DNA of 64,000 bases from Callorhinchus milii (GCF_018977255.1 NW_024704743.1:43898001-43962000), one strand, 5' to 3'; shown: positions 11,423 to 24,399, counted from the first letter of the stretch. Numbers and translations: made by a program. Notes: generated by a model from the sequence alone, not told the origin.

Positions 11423-13390
11423 TTTTCTAAAAAAAAGAAGAAATATATTGAGTAAAGCTTGCAATTTCTTTAAATATATTTTCTGAGAGTATGACAATTT
11501 TCAATTTCCTCCAGTCCCTGTTGGCTTCTCTCGTTCTGGTACCGATCCCACACTAAGACAGCATGAGTGGAAGTGCAAACACATCATGCAGAATTACAGA
11601 TCACTCTCTCTTTCCTCCCCCCCTCATTCCACAGTGAGGAGGCATCTCACAGTAGAAAGGCATGGATGCATTTGATGCAACTAGGAGATAACTGCAAGGA
11701 CAAGGATAAGAGTCCCTCCTTCTATTCCCTCCATGAAGGAGTATTTAACAAATAGAAGGGAATAAGGTCTATGCATCCAAACGTATCTTTGACCTTCAGT
11801 TTATACAATGTTGTGTTCTGACAAAGATCATACTAGCAAACCATATTTCTGACAAAACTGATTTGAAACCACAGTGAAAAAGTTCAATTTTTACTGCAGC
11901 GTTTTACCAAAACCTATCCTCAAAATTACACTGCTGGCAAATAGATTTATTACTAAACTCTGCCATGAACAACAGCAGAGAAGGGGTTAATAGTCAAATT
12001 AGCTGTAACACAGAAAGAAAGATCCCAGATGCAATTATACTTACATTTATAAGTGGTGAATGCCCTCAGGTTACAATTTAGTAAGAAATTCATGATTCAT
12101 ATCATTGAGGTCAATATTAACACAAGGTCAAATGAGAAGGTAAGTATGAGAAGTGCCTTCAAGTGGTTTGGAAAAACAATTTTTAAAATCTCCTATCCCA
12201 AAATAGAAATCCCATTTCACGCTCTTTTTTCCTTCCCCTGAACAATCTGGAGGTTTACTATTCCAGGTCTCACCAGAGAATTGCTCAGCTGATATCAGTT
12301 ATAAACTATCAGAAAGCCTTAATCCAGTGATGACTAACTTTTTCATTCAAGATGTCAGCCAGGAGGCTTGAAAGTCCAGATAATCCAGTACTGTACTGGT
12401 TGGGTCATGCTGCTTCTAAATACTGTACCATTATTTTTAATCACTAAATACTTAATACACTTTCTTCTCCTGATGTTTTGTTTTCTTTTATTAATGATTT
12501 TAGCTTACATTATTGAAGAGAGGGGAAACTGGCTTAGTGGAATTACTGAGGCCTGAAGTCAGCATTGAGTGTTACAATTAACAGAACCATAGTCAAAAAT
12601 GTACAAGATTGATAAAGTAACCTGGGTTCGGAACTAGGTTTGGACTCAGATTATTTCAGCTCTCACATTGCCTTCAGGTAAAAAATACTTGGCAAAAAAT
12701 ACCAACAGGCATGAAAGCTTCATAGCAAAATCCAGCTGTGATAAAGATCAATCTTAAGTCACTGACTTCAAAATTAGTGATGGAAAGTACGAACTTCAAA
12801 GAAAAATCCCTCAAAAAGAAAATATATTACAACCAATAAAATATTGCAGACGATGATCAAAGATTTATATGATTTATTTGTGTTCAAGAGCATTAGTTCA
12901 TACTTGCTGGTTTATGATTTCCCAAAAAGCTTGTGGAACTTTTGATATGATGCAACTGCAAAACACAGAAGCACAATCATCCATCATGCACATCACAAAG
13001 AGTAAGTGTAACAGACCAAGAGCGAGTGTCAATCATGTCAGGCAATAGCTTGGCTCAGTTGGTAGCACTCTCGCCTCAGTCAGAAGATTGTGGGTTTGAG
13101 CCCCATGTCGGGACATTTCGCTCACTGTTGAGGCTGACATTTCAGTGCGTTGTCAGAGGTGCTATTCTATGCATGAGTTGTTAAACCAAAGTCCCGTCTG
13201 TCTATTCAGGTGGACAATAAAGATTCCATGGCACTATTCGAAAAGAGAAGGGCATTTCTCATGATGTTTTGGCCAACAATCCCCTATAATAAAATTGGCG
13301 ATTCACTTCATAGCTACATGCTGGACACTGTTGAACAAAAATCGGCTTTCAAGTTTGCCTACAAATACACCATCACTAAACTTTAGTAAT

Positions 13391-13706
13391 AATAATAATA
13401 ATAATCCTTGCATTTGATATAGCGCTTTTCACATCGGGAGGCCGTCCCAAAGCGCTTCACAGAACACACTGTAAAGTGAATTGACTGTATATTTATGGGC
13501 GAACGCGGCAGCCAATTGCGCACAGCAATGTCCCACAAACAGTCGTAATTGAAAATGACCAATTTATTATTGTTTTTGGTTTTTGGAGGGATTATTATTA
13601 GGTGTGTGGAGTAAGGAAACTTGCCCAAGGTTTCGCCCTGCCTGGAATTGAACTCAGGTCTCTCGCTTGCAAAGCGAGTGCTCTAACCACTGAGCTACAG
13701 GACTCC
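13391..13706 (-). mobile_element. Young tRNA-Ala-head SINE, full length, short subfamily
   Basis: Near-identical to 46394-46718; TSD agtaat at 13385-13390 and 13707-13712. Confidence 0.95.
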
Positions 13707-13739
13707 AGTAATTCTTACGAAGCACTTTGAGACGTCTTG

Positions 13740-14358
13740 GTTATTTATTTATTTTTGGACAGCTGGGTGTTTGACACACGTGGAAACCCATCACCATGCT
13801 TAAGAGCATCCAAACCGAGTTGAGATTTCTAGGCATCATGGAAATCCCAGAGATAGATTGTTTAAATGGAGAGATGCATCCTACTTAACTAATTCCGGAA
13901 GGATTAGATGCAGGTTGGCAAGAGCCAAGGCTTGGGGTACCCATAATGTGAGTTGGGGTACTACTGGTGTCTAATCAGCTAAAACCGCATAGCTTGCCAT
14001 TGATATTGCTGTCCAGCAAGCTTTCCCGCTGCTTTGTCCAGCTAGGATCACCCTACCATTTTGGGTTTTGTCTTGCAGGGTTAACAGGAGCTGAGTGGGA
14101 TGACTCCCTGCCCCCAGTGACTGGTCTGTCCTTCCAAGTCCGGCCGATGAGCCAGGCTGGCTGTGCTGTCATCAGCAGTGCGCTGGAATGCTGCAGACCC
14201 GCCGGGCTTAGGAACTGGACTACCGAGACCACCACATCGGGCTGGCTCGATTCTGACATTCCATTGCCAGGCATGACATGGTAGAGCCAGTTCAGCTCCA
14301 AGGAGACTCTGCTTTCCTCCTCCCCAGAGGATAGTCACTATACTAACCTCCTTGGGGG
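13740..14358 (-). mobile_element. Family X retroelement with (TAAA)-like tail
   Basis: Aligns with 32417 and 44469; candidate TSD gacgtcttg (13731-13739) / gatgtcttg (14359-14367). Confidence 0.8.
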
Positions 14359-14802
14359 GATGTCTTGACGACGTGTTAAGGAACTATTTCAAATGCAAGG
14401 ATTATTATTATGTCATGAACACACTCACAGTGACAGTGATATAAACTCCGCACCCAATCAAACTCTGCAATAATCTGCTCCACTTTCCTCACTTGCTCCA
14501 CTTGCTCTCCTTCCAATCCCGCTGAGACACAGCAGGTTATTGCAACTTTGAGTTTCCTACAGTTTCGTTAGTTAAACAGGCCAGAAAGTCACTTAGCAGA
14601 TTCAGCAGTATTCTCAGATAAGAAGCCAGTGCAGTCTTTGCTTCTCACTCTTCACAAATGTACCATTATTATTATTATTATTATTTATCATTTGGCTTGA
14701 AAGATTTATTTGATGAGCTTTGATTTTAGTTTTCAGCATTTCTTCTGTTTCACTTATCTATTCATTTGGAACAGACCTCTGCAGCTGCTTGCTCTTTAGA
14801 AT

Positions 14803-15347
14803 ACAACAACAACAACAACAAGATTCCATTTATAAAGCGCCTTTCACGTCAGGAGGACGTCCCAAGGCGCTGCACAGTTGGGTCATGACCCGAGCAGGGG
14901 GGAAATGGTCAGGGTGAGGGGAGGGGAGGGAGCGAGGAGGGGGGAAATGGTCAGGGTGAGGGGAGGGATGGGAGGGAGCGAGAAGGGGGAAGAGAGTCGA
15001 GAGGGGAGCTGAAGGCTCGGTCAAAGAGAAAGGTCTTGAGACCGGCCTTGAAGGAGGAAAGGGAGAAGGCGGCGAAGGCACTGGGGGATAGAGTTCCAGA
15101 GCTTAGGGGCTGAGAGGCTAAAGGCCCGGCCACCGATGGTAGGGCGGTTGGGGCGGGGGACGTGGAACAGACCGGAGCCAGAGGAACGGAGGGTACGGGC
15201 AGGTAGGTAGGGGGATAGAAGGTCAGAGAGGTAGGAGGGAGCACGGCCGTGAATGGCCTTGTAGGTGAGGATGAGGATCTTGAATTCGATCCTCTGGGGA
15301 TGGGAAGCCAGTGGAGGCGAGCGAGGGTGTGAGTGATGTGGTCACAC
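14803..15347 (-). mobile_element. Young L2 LINE 3' end
   Basis: [25 protein letters not shown]; (caa)n tail; internal duplication of ggggaaatggtcagggtgaggg. Confidence 0.92.
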
Positions 15348-16236
15348 GACTTAAAGTTCAAATTGACAAAAATTCCTTCCACCATTGCCAGGGTTTTCTC
15401 TGTTACACTGTCAGTAATTTACTTACCTTTAACAACTACAATCAAGGGGAGAATACCTGAAGAAGGTTTAAAACCAATGGCTTGTAATTACTGTTACTGG
15501 TTTAAACCTGTAATGTGCATCAATCTCCAACAGGCCAAAATACTACATGCCTCAATGACATTACAGGTTTAACACCTCCAGGCACTCAAATCACATTTTC
15601 TGTGTCAGTTCAGATACAGCTTGAATCTGAAACTCATGACAATTTTGTTTCTTCAACTGGCCAAAAAAAATACTGGCTAACATTATTGTAGAAATTCATC
15701 GGATGGACAGAGTAGTTGCTGTCAGCGTTTCATCTTATCAAAACACCTCTGTTGTCAAGCGCCAGTTTTAGCTATGGAAAACAGGTGGGGGTGATAACAT
15801 CAGTTGGTTATAATAGGGTTCACTGTACCAGGAATTGAGATTTTCCACATGTGCGTTCAATTGTTTCATGATTACAATTGCTTTCCCGGATTATCTTTCG
15901 CAAAATATACTGGTTGATAATAATCTCTCAAGCGTTTATGTAGGCTAGATTCTTTTTTATTCATGCATTATTAAACGTATAATATAAACCAATTCAATGT
16001 GAAAAAAATGCTCATGCCTAAAAGAAATGTTTTTAAATAAATGAAGCTATAAAAGAGAGCTCTAAGATAATAACTTTGAATAGTAATAAGCATAAGGCAG
16101 TCTAGAAATCTTTGCAGTGCCCCTTAATTAATTCAATTTAATTCAGCCTATTTAAAAAGAGTCTCATGGAGCAGTGAGCACTCCAAAAGGCCTGTTGAGT
16201 CAAATGGCTTCTGTCTGGGCTGCAATTTCTATCAGG

Positions 16237-16740
16237 TTAAATTTGCGATATTCCTAAACACATTCCATTCCTTATACAAGGAATGAAGCTAAAATGTGTT
16301 TTAAAATACCCTTCCCCAATTTCTGAATAATGGTAGCACCCAACCCGAGATGAATAGTATGCCCTATGAAGAAGCCCTTTGAGATGTCTCCCAACATGAA
16401 AGGCACTATACCAAATGTAAGGATAATTATTATTATTTAAACCCCTGGCTGCTGCCATCTTGGATTCCACTCCAGGATAGTTCCACAGGACGGTTGCTAT
16501 TTGTGGTTGCTGTCTGAGGTTATTAATTTGGGCAAGTATCCCCCAAATAAGCTGAGAAAGTGCATTTTTTCAGTACTCAGAAATGATCCCTGCCAGTCTA
16601 AGGTGGTGATGATCCATTGCCCAGTGTAAATCTAAGGTGGTGACAGTCATTTTTGCATGTTACTCATGAGATACTAAACACATTCAATCTAATTCCTTAT
16701 AACAAGAAATGGAATGCGTTTAATAATACTGTAAATTCGA
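16237..16740. mobile_element. Candidate old MITE/DNA element with about 65-bp degenerate terminal inverted repeats
   Basis: 16237-16309 resembles the reverse complement of 16671-16740; a SINE tail lies inside at about 16370-16437. Confidence 0.5.
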
Positions 16741-16848
16741 TAATTATTATTCTAAAGTTTTAAAGTGTCATAGTCAGTGAGATAAAATATTGCTAAATTG
16801 ATTTATAAAATGCAAGTTCTTTGTTTTGTGGTATTTTCTCCTTTTCAG

Positions 16849-16925
16849 TTAATTTACTGGCATTTGACAACAAGCATCAACTGGTTAGTAAGTTTACTGA
16901 CATTCAGCTTTCGTGATTTTTCAAG
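16849..16925 (+). other. Candidate short exon, unidentified
   Basis: Acceptor gtattttctccttttcag, donor AAG/gtaaga, 77 nt, frame LIYWHLTTSINWLVSLLTFSFRDFS open; no protein recognised. Confidence 0.15.
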
Positions 16926-17060
16926 GTAAGATCTAACCACCAAATGTCAACAGATTTACCAAGGAGGGACAAGCACCTGAGTTCCTTTTGACACATCAAT
17001 ACAAGAAAATACAGATGACCTTGTTCTTTGTCCTCTCACCCACTATGTAGACAATAGCAT

Positions 17061-17424
17061 GGAGTCCTGTAGCTCAGTGGTTAGAGCATTCACCTTGTAA
17101 GTGATAGACCTGAGTTCTATTCCCGGCAAGGCAAAATGTTGGGCAACTTTCTTTACTCCACACACTTCAGTTTATCTAGCAGTAAGTAGGAACCCAGTTG
17201 TTAGTCGATTGGCAGATCGCTTTTTGGGGATAATAATCCTTAAACAAAAAAAATTTAGTCACTCAATCCACGACTGTTTGTGGCACACGGCTGTGTGCAA
17301 TTCACTACCACATTTCGCCCACAAATATGCAGTCAATTCACTTTACAGTATATTCTGTGAAGCGCTTTGAGACGTCTAAAAGATGTGAAAAGCGCTATAA
17401 CAAATGCAAGGATTATTATTATTA
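17061..17424 (+). mobile_element. tRNA-Ala-head SINE, long subfamily
   Basis: Same head and tail as 46394 plus an extra segment gtttatctagcagtaagtaggaac..ttgttagtcgattggcagatc. Confidence 0.92.
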
Positions 17425-17778
17425 CTAAACTTTTCTGAACCACCACCAAATATGCAAGATCGCAGCTCTATGGATATTTCCACAAGTCCATCTCGGAGTT
17501 CGTAATTGAATGTATTTCAGAGAAAACATGATGCAAACATGAATACAGGGGTATAAGAGAGAGAATTAGGAAGTTTGGAGCTTCATATGAAGTTTAAATA
17601 CCAGCACGGTCTAGTTGAGCCAAACTGCCTGCTACCATGCAATAACATTCTACATGTGTAATTCCATGTATGTTAGTGTTTCGCTACCAGTGGCCTGAAA
17701 ATTAATTTGATTTTAGCCTTAGGATCATTATTTTAAAATGTAAGAATATGAAGAGCTTTGGAAAATTTCGCTTCAGCC

Positions 17779-18540
17779 TTTACCCTCTATATGCTCCCCC
17801 TTGGTGACATCATCCACAGACATGGGGTTAACTTCCACATGTATGCGGATGACACCCAACTCTACCTTTCCTCCTCTACCCTCAACTCCACAACCACCGA
17901 TGTCCTGACAGCCTGCCTGTCCGACATCGAGTCCTGGACGAGAGACAACTTTCTTCAGCTCAACGTGCGTAAAACTGAGTCCCTCCTGATTGGCTCACGT
18001 CAGCGCCTCCGCACCTCAGGCGCTGACAGCATCTGCATCCAAGGCTGCACTCTCCACCCCTCAAAGCCGGTCAGGAACCTTGGTGTTCTGTTCGACCCTG
18101 AGCTGTCCCTTCTTCCTCATATCCGCGCCACAACTGGCACCGCCTTCCATCACCTCCGGAATATCGCCAGACTACGGCACTACCTCACCCCTCACGCTGC
18201 TGAAACTCTGGTCCACTCCTTTATCACCTCAAGGATGGACTATGGGAACTCTCTCCTCGCCGGCCTTCCCGGCACCTCCCTCCACAAGCTGCAGGTCATT
18301 CAGAACTCTGCAGCTCGTGTACTGTCCTGCACCAGGCTTCGGGACCACATCACTCCCACCCTCGCTCGCCTCCACTGGCTCCCCATCCCCCAGAGGATCG
18401 AATTCAAGATGCTCACCCTCACCTACAAGGCCATTCACGGTCTTGCTCCCTCCTACCTCTCTGACCTACTATCCCCCTACCTACCTGCCCGTACCCTCCG
18501 CTCCTCCGGCTCCGGTCTGCTCCACATTCCCCGCCCCACT
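17779..18540 (+). mobile_element. Young L2 ORF2 fragment (RT C-terminal half, uninterrupted frame), truncated at both ends
   Basis: [70 protein letters not shown]. Confidence 0.95.
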
Positions 18541-19937
18541 TTGAATACTTTTTCTTATTCTTTGATGCGTTTCAGAATAGCCGTTTTATGGAGATTGGAA
18601 TTTAGAGATCATTAGATGCCACCTGTAATACCACAACAACAACTTGCATTTATATAGCGCCCTTCATGCATGGTAGCAACTCGGGGCACTTGCCAATACA
18701 TACCAAAGCTTTGGATACCAGTTAAGTGTTATTAATGATCCTGTATACAATAGGATTTAGCTAAAGCACAGGGCCATTGGAACTTTCTGGAGGTATTTAT
18801 TCAATGGTGATGATAAGCAGGCCTATTGCTGGGTTTCATATGCATTTAATTTGAAATGAATTGCATGTAAAATTTCAAATCAATCCTCGCAAATAAAATC
18901 GGCTCAATATACACCTGATTTCTGTGATCCCACAGTGTTGCATTCAAGAACAAATATGACTTCTCTACCTGCCAGTAAAATATATCTAACTTTGCTGTCA
19001 CTGAACTGAACATACCAGATGTTTCCGTAAGTGTGTGATGTGGAGTTTATAAATGTACCTAACCATGAATGATGCGTTTCCTGCCACTAATGCTCTGCAT
19101 CCCGATAAACACAAGATTCACAAACAAGAAATTTATGAATTACACATCAATTTGATTTCAAAGGGACATCTAGACCAAAAATGGAATATTCTGTGCCAGT
19201 GGGCAGCAGAGGAAAGTGTTTAATAAGTCACATGAGATCTGGAGTCAGAAATAGATAGAATTGTGTGAAGTCCTTTTTATAAAAAAAATTGAACACATTC
19301 CAAGTTTTCTTCTTTAAAGCATGATCATGGATTGCCTGAGGTAATTTCTGTATAATTCTGTCAAGTTTCCACCAGTGCAGAATCTGTGACAATGAATAAA
19401 ACAGACAGTTTATTTGAAGACTGCCTCAAAGTATTTTTGTTCCTTCAGCTTGGTTACATTTCTACACAGGCACTCACCCTGCAAAAATATTCATTTACAT
19501 ATACTGTGCAGTCTAATTTCATCTCCAGCGACGTCAGGAGAAAGTCTATTGCAAAAATGGGTTTCTGCCTCTTGCAGTGTGTACAGAAAGTAAGAGCTCA
19601 GAAATAGGCCATTTGGTCTTTCAAATGCAAGCAACACGCCTGTGTGACAGCTCTGGTAAAGTTTACAAGGAATGTCCAAAGACAGAGTTAACTTTGGAGC
19701 ATTGATGATTTCCAATCACTTCTTGTGGGGCAGCAATGCAGGCAGGTTGGTGATCTGCACATGGCCAGGAGATAGTATTTTAAGCATCAATATGCATATA
19801 GAGGAATTACGAAGAAAGCTAAGACTCTGGAATGATTTTCTTTATTGAGTCAGGTATCTGAAACATGTGGAAACCTGTTACCCTGCTGAAGAGTATCCAG
19901 ACTGGACTGAGAGTTCCACATACGTATATCATACTGT

Positions 19938-20313
19938 GAAGTCCTGCAGCTCAGTGCTTAGAGCACTCACCTCTCAAGTGAGAGACCTGGGTTTGATGTC
20001 CAGCAGGTCGACATGTTGGGCAAGTTTCCTTACTCCACACGCCTCTGTTTACCTAACAATAAGTAGGAACTTTGTTGTTAGTCGATTGACAGATCATGTT
20101 TCTGGGGGTAATAATTCCTTCACAAAAGAATAACAAATTGGTTACTTCAATCCATGACTGTTTGTGGGACACTGCTGTGTGCAATTGGCTGCCGCGTTTC
20201 GCCCACAAAATATACAGTCAATTCACTTTACAGTATATTCTGTGAAGCGTTTTGAGACATCTTGAAGACTTCATAAGGAGCTTTATCAAATGCAAGGATT
20301 ATTATTGTTATTA
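19938..20313 (+). mobile_element. tRNA-Ala-head SINE, long subfamily
   Basis: Matches 17061-17424. Confidence 0.92.
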
Positions 20314-20419
20314 TCATCTACGCATGAAAATTTCCCTGCATCTGGAATGAAATGTGCACTCTCTCCCTGGAGAGATGCACCCTGCTTACCTATTTCAGAG
20401 GAACACTACTTACAGGTTT

Positions 20420-20570
20420 ATTATAATAATAATAGTAATAATAATAATCTTTGCATTTGATATAACGCTTTTCACATCTTCTAGACATCTCAAAGCGCTG
20501 TAGACTGTATATTTGTGGGCAAATCGCGGCAGCCAATTGCGTACAGCAGTGTCCCACAGACAGTCGTTAT
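20420..20570 (-). mobile_element. SINE 3' fragment
   Basis: (taa)n-ttgcatttgata..gcggcagccaattgcg. Confidence 0.85.
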
Positions 20571-21275
20571 AGCTAAGGCTTGGGAACCTCAGGGTGTACA
20601 TTGGGGTATTGCTGGAGTTTACCCAGCTAAAACCACATAGCTTGCCAATGTGAGCACTGTCTAAGGTGCTGTTTTTGTATATCCTACCCAGTAGGGCTTT
20701 GGCTTGCAGATTTTACAGGTGACAAGTGGGAAGGGTCGCTTCCCCCAGTGCCTGGTCTACCTGTGCAAGTCCTGCTGTAATCAGCAGTGCACTGGAGTTC
20801 TGTGGACTCGCCCATCTCAGGAACTGGATTACCGAGACCACCATAGAGAGCTGGCTTGATTCCACCATTCCATCACCAAGAGCATCCCTTTGGAATCAAT
20901 TCAACTCCAAGGAACTCCATTTACCTGCCCCTAAAGTAGGACAGTTATCAGTTGGTTGTTTAACATCCGACAAGCATGGGTCTGAGCCCTCTCTAGCTGG
21001 AAGACAGGTACCAGAAACCTTCTGTGAACTTCCTGATAAATAGCATAGCTGAGAATTAAATGTGTGAGAGTATTGTTTAAGCAGCAGCTGCTTACCGCTT
21101 TGCAAACCAATAAAGATGGATTCCAAGCACTGGATATACAAAGATGTGCTCATGATCCCGGAATCCAGGTATTGCCTTCCAGCAGCTGTTGTCCCAAGTC
21201 TCAGAGTTTCCTCATGAGCTATTTGATAGGCATCAGCCCTCAGCACGATTCAGCACAGCTGGTGACTTGTAGCGT

Positions 21276-21582
21276 GGAGTCCTGTAGCTCAGTGCTTTGC
21301 AAGCAAGAGACCTGAGTTCAATTCCAGGCAGGGCGAAACCTTGGGCAAGTTTCCTTATTCCACACGCCTAATAATAATCCCTCCAAAAACTAAATAAAAA
21401 AAAAAAAATTGGTCATTTTCAATCTACGAATGTTTGTGGGACATTGTGGTGTGCCATTGGCTGCCGCGTTCGCCCACAAATATACAGTCAATTCACTTTA
21501 CAGTGTGTCCTGTGAAGCGCTTTGGGACGTCCTCCCAACATGAAAAGCGCTATATCAAAAATGCAAGGATAAATGCAAGGAT
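21276..21582 (+). mobile_element. Young SINE, short subfamily, small deletion in head
   Basis: Matches 46394; aaatgcaaggat duplicated at the tail. Confidence 0.92.
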
Positions 21583-21896
21583 TGTATCTGGAATGCAATG
21601 CACTCATGATGGCCACTTTGATATTCCAGAGCTCCAAGTCAAATGCCATGTATCTGGCTTACTCCACCACAACTGCTGAATCCAGATCCTCATTTAAGCA
21701 GCTTCAGCTAACACACATGTCTGCCGGAAACCACCTTTGCCTCTAGCAACAGGTTTTGATCATAAATTACCAAGATATAGTATATTACATTTTTAAAATA
21801 CAAAGATTGTGTGATGTCCTTGCACATTTCTGACTGGTTTGCTTGACATTCCTTTTGAGGCAGAACTCATGTTGAAGAGATGGTTTGGTTGAAGTC

Positions 21897-22360
21897 AACA
21901 ACAACAAAATTACATTTGTATAGCACTTTTCACTTCAGGAGGACATCCTAAGTTGCTAGACAGACAAAGTTAAGGACCTGAACTGAGGTTTGAGGTGGGG
22001 GAGAGTGGAGGGCAGGGGGGGAAGCAGGCAGATCGAAAGCACGATTGAAGAGGAGGGTCTTGAGGTGGGTCTTGAAGGTGGCAAGCGAAGGGGCGAGATG
22101 GAGGGACTGCGGGATGGAGTTCCAGAGGGTGTGTGCAGAGTGGCAGAAGGCCCGCCCGCCGATTGTGGGGTGAGCAAGGCGGGAGATGTGAGGCAGGCTG
22201 GAGCCTGCTGAGCGGAGGGAGCGAACAGGGTGGGAGGGGGTTAGGACTGTATCCTCTGTGTAATGGGAAGCCAGTGGCGTTGGGCAAGGATGGGGGTGAT
22301 AGGGTCATGGAGCCTAGTACGGGAGAGGACATGGGCTGCAGAGTTCTGGAGCTGGGGAGG
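21897..22360 (-). mobile_element. L2 3' fragment
   Basis: (caa)n tail; gagggtcttgag; gggaagccagtgg (HWLP-like); gcagagttctgga. Confidence 0.88.
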
Positions 22361-24399
22361 CCGAAGTCAACACTAAGAGTAAGTGTTACACAATTAAGAG
22401 GAGGAATAGGCTCGATCAGCCAAATGATTTTTGGTTTCATCCTTTTGTCTTTTCTTCCTGATCAGAAGCATTATAGTGTACAATGTTTTCTCAAGAATAG
22501 ATAGGTTGAGGTGTGACCTGATAGAGGCTTTTTAACACTGTTATGTTAAAAAAAACTCTATAGTGTCATCTCTCAATTCTATTCTTCCAGTCTCTCCTCA
22601 TAAGTAAAACCTCTCATCCATGATACTATTTTAGTTAATCTTCTCTGCATTCTCTGTTGAGGTCCTTGTATTTTTAGAGAGCCCAGAACTGGACAAGATG
22701 CTCCAACGGAGACTTAACTATTTATATAGGTTTAACATTATCCCTTTGCTTTTTTATTTAATTCCCCAGTGCACAAAATGAAACTCCAATTAGCTTTTTT
22801 TTCCAACCTAGGAGAGAAAAAAAGAGTCAAGAGCCTCTTTTACCTCCTAAACCAGGATCATCCAAGTCAACATGGAGCAAGGATTGGACTTGGGTCTTTT
22901 CCTTATATTGCACAGAACTGCACCAGTCAGTGCATTTATTTCACTGAGTCATCCTCATATCTCAGTAATTCAATAATGTGTCTCACACGTACTGAGATAC
23001 CATTAAAAACAGATTAATGGAATTACCAAGAATCTCTTTGTGGCTAATTATACATTAAATATTCATCCTTGCATTTGATATCCACATTCTGGTCAAATTA
23101 TTTTGCTTTATTCCCACAATGGCACAAATTCATTGACTGAGGCTAATCACAATTCTGCTCCAGTTGTCCAGTTTAACTGATTTGCCACTGCACACGTATA
23201 AATAACTGCCATGCAATACTAAACTTTGAATACCATTACACTTTAAATATAAAATTCAATTATGCACATTAAATTCTATTAGTTTTTTTTAAACACAGTG
23301 ACAAATTTGATGAATTGTCAACAATTTGACCACTTGAAAAGCTTTGTTAAGATATGCACATGGAGAAGAAAAGTGTCATAAATTGAACTATAATCATTTT
23401 ACTTGTGGTAATAAGGGGAAGGATGTGTCTGCATTTCCTAGCAGTTGAGTGAGACCATTTTCTCTCCCTGCAGAGTGGATGCTTTTGAGTTTTTCAGATG
23501 TTCAAATCTTAATAACTATGAAATTGCATCCCAAAGGAATCACAATTGTGACCCCTACATCACCAGGTTCACATCAGATTAATAATTCCAGTCTGCCTCA
23601 AAGAATTGAGCATTTTATCCTACACTAGTAAGGGCTGCTCCAGTTTAAAAGTGACATGCATCATAAAGCCAAAGTTCAGTGCCACTGAATCTACATATGG
23701 CAAAATTATTACATTTCTGCATGCTGTTTACACACAGAAGCTTGAAAAGTCTTTCAGAAGCAATGGCCAATGGAAGTGAAACAAATTAAACAAATGAGCA
23801 ATTCCTTTAGAATGCAAACAATATGAAGCACTCAGCACTAAGTCTTGTCGGTGCCCTTTATCTATAGATTTCCCCCCAAGGTAAATGAAATGAATGTCTC
23901 CCTTCTTGTCACTTAGAGTGGAGCTATTAAAGGTCACAAATGGATTACAGTCTAGTAATTTCATTTCAGTTCAAACAAAGTCTCCAAAATACAAGAACAT
24001 TTAGTACATCAGCAACTGACACAAAATAATTCATTGCATTTAATAACTGTGACCCATAAGCACTAATCAACATACAAGCTTGAGATAATTTTGCATCAAT
24101 CTGCTTTACAAAGGTAAGAGAGGTGTGCTGACCAAGCTCACTGGGGTACCAGTGCACTGGTCACATGGTTAGGGGTAAAATGTATATGCAGAAATTGTAC
24201 ACCTTTTCTTGAATAGATGTGCTATGGATGTCAAGTAATATAAATTCTGTTCCATTGAATATTCAGCTTTGTATTCTAGAGGAGTGACCTCTTTTCGGTG
24301 CATATCACAAAAATAATCATCATAATTCTGCTGTAGTCACTCACGTGCCTGTAAACTTTCAACTTTCATTACTGAGTAATTCAGAATGAGCTATAAAGA

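Larger units (their letters stand above)
13041..14410 (+). mobile_element. Old DeuSINE-type SINE split in three (13041-13390, 13707-13739, 14359-14410) by two insertions
   Basis: Head ggctcagttggtagcactctcgcc, Deu core, and a tail that rejoins across duplications AGTAAT and GAYGTCTTG. Confidence 0.8.
19835..21075 (-). mobile_element. Family X, apparently full length, interrupted by two SINEs
   Basis: 3' part 19835-19935, body 20314-20418 and 20572-21075; 5' end caatactctcac shared with 26621. Confidence 0.7.

Noticed and set aside
11760..11860. Additional hammerhead-like words (ctgacaaagatc, ccaaacgt)
   Set aside because: No stem II or GAAA in the correct arrangement; too degenerate to support
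12071..12140. Plus-strand exon ending at GAAG/gtaagt
   Set aside because: Weak acceptor and unrecognisable peptide; likewise candidates near 4214, 28483, 41825 and 52654 (minus), which have stops or poor sites
15760..15920. Possible ancient MITE remnants here and at about 18740-18940, 31900-32100 and 56320-56410
   Set aside because: Only a vague resemblance; I could not define termini or align them convincingly
17758..18615. 285-aa ORF as a host or domesticated RT gene
   Set aside because: Internal L2 fragment; start and stop come from flanking DNA; closely related broken copies are nearby
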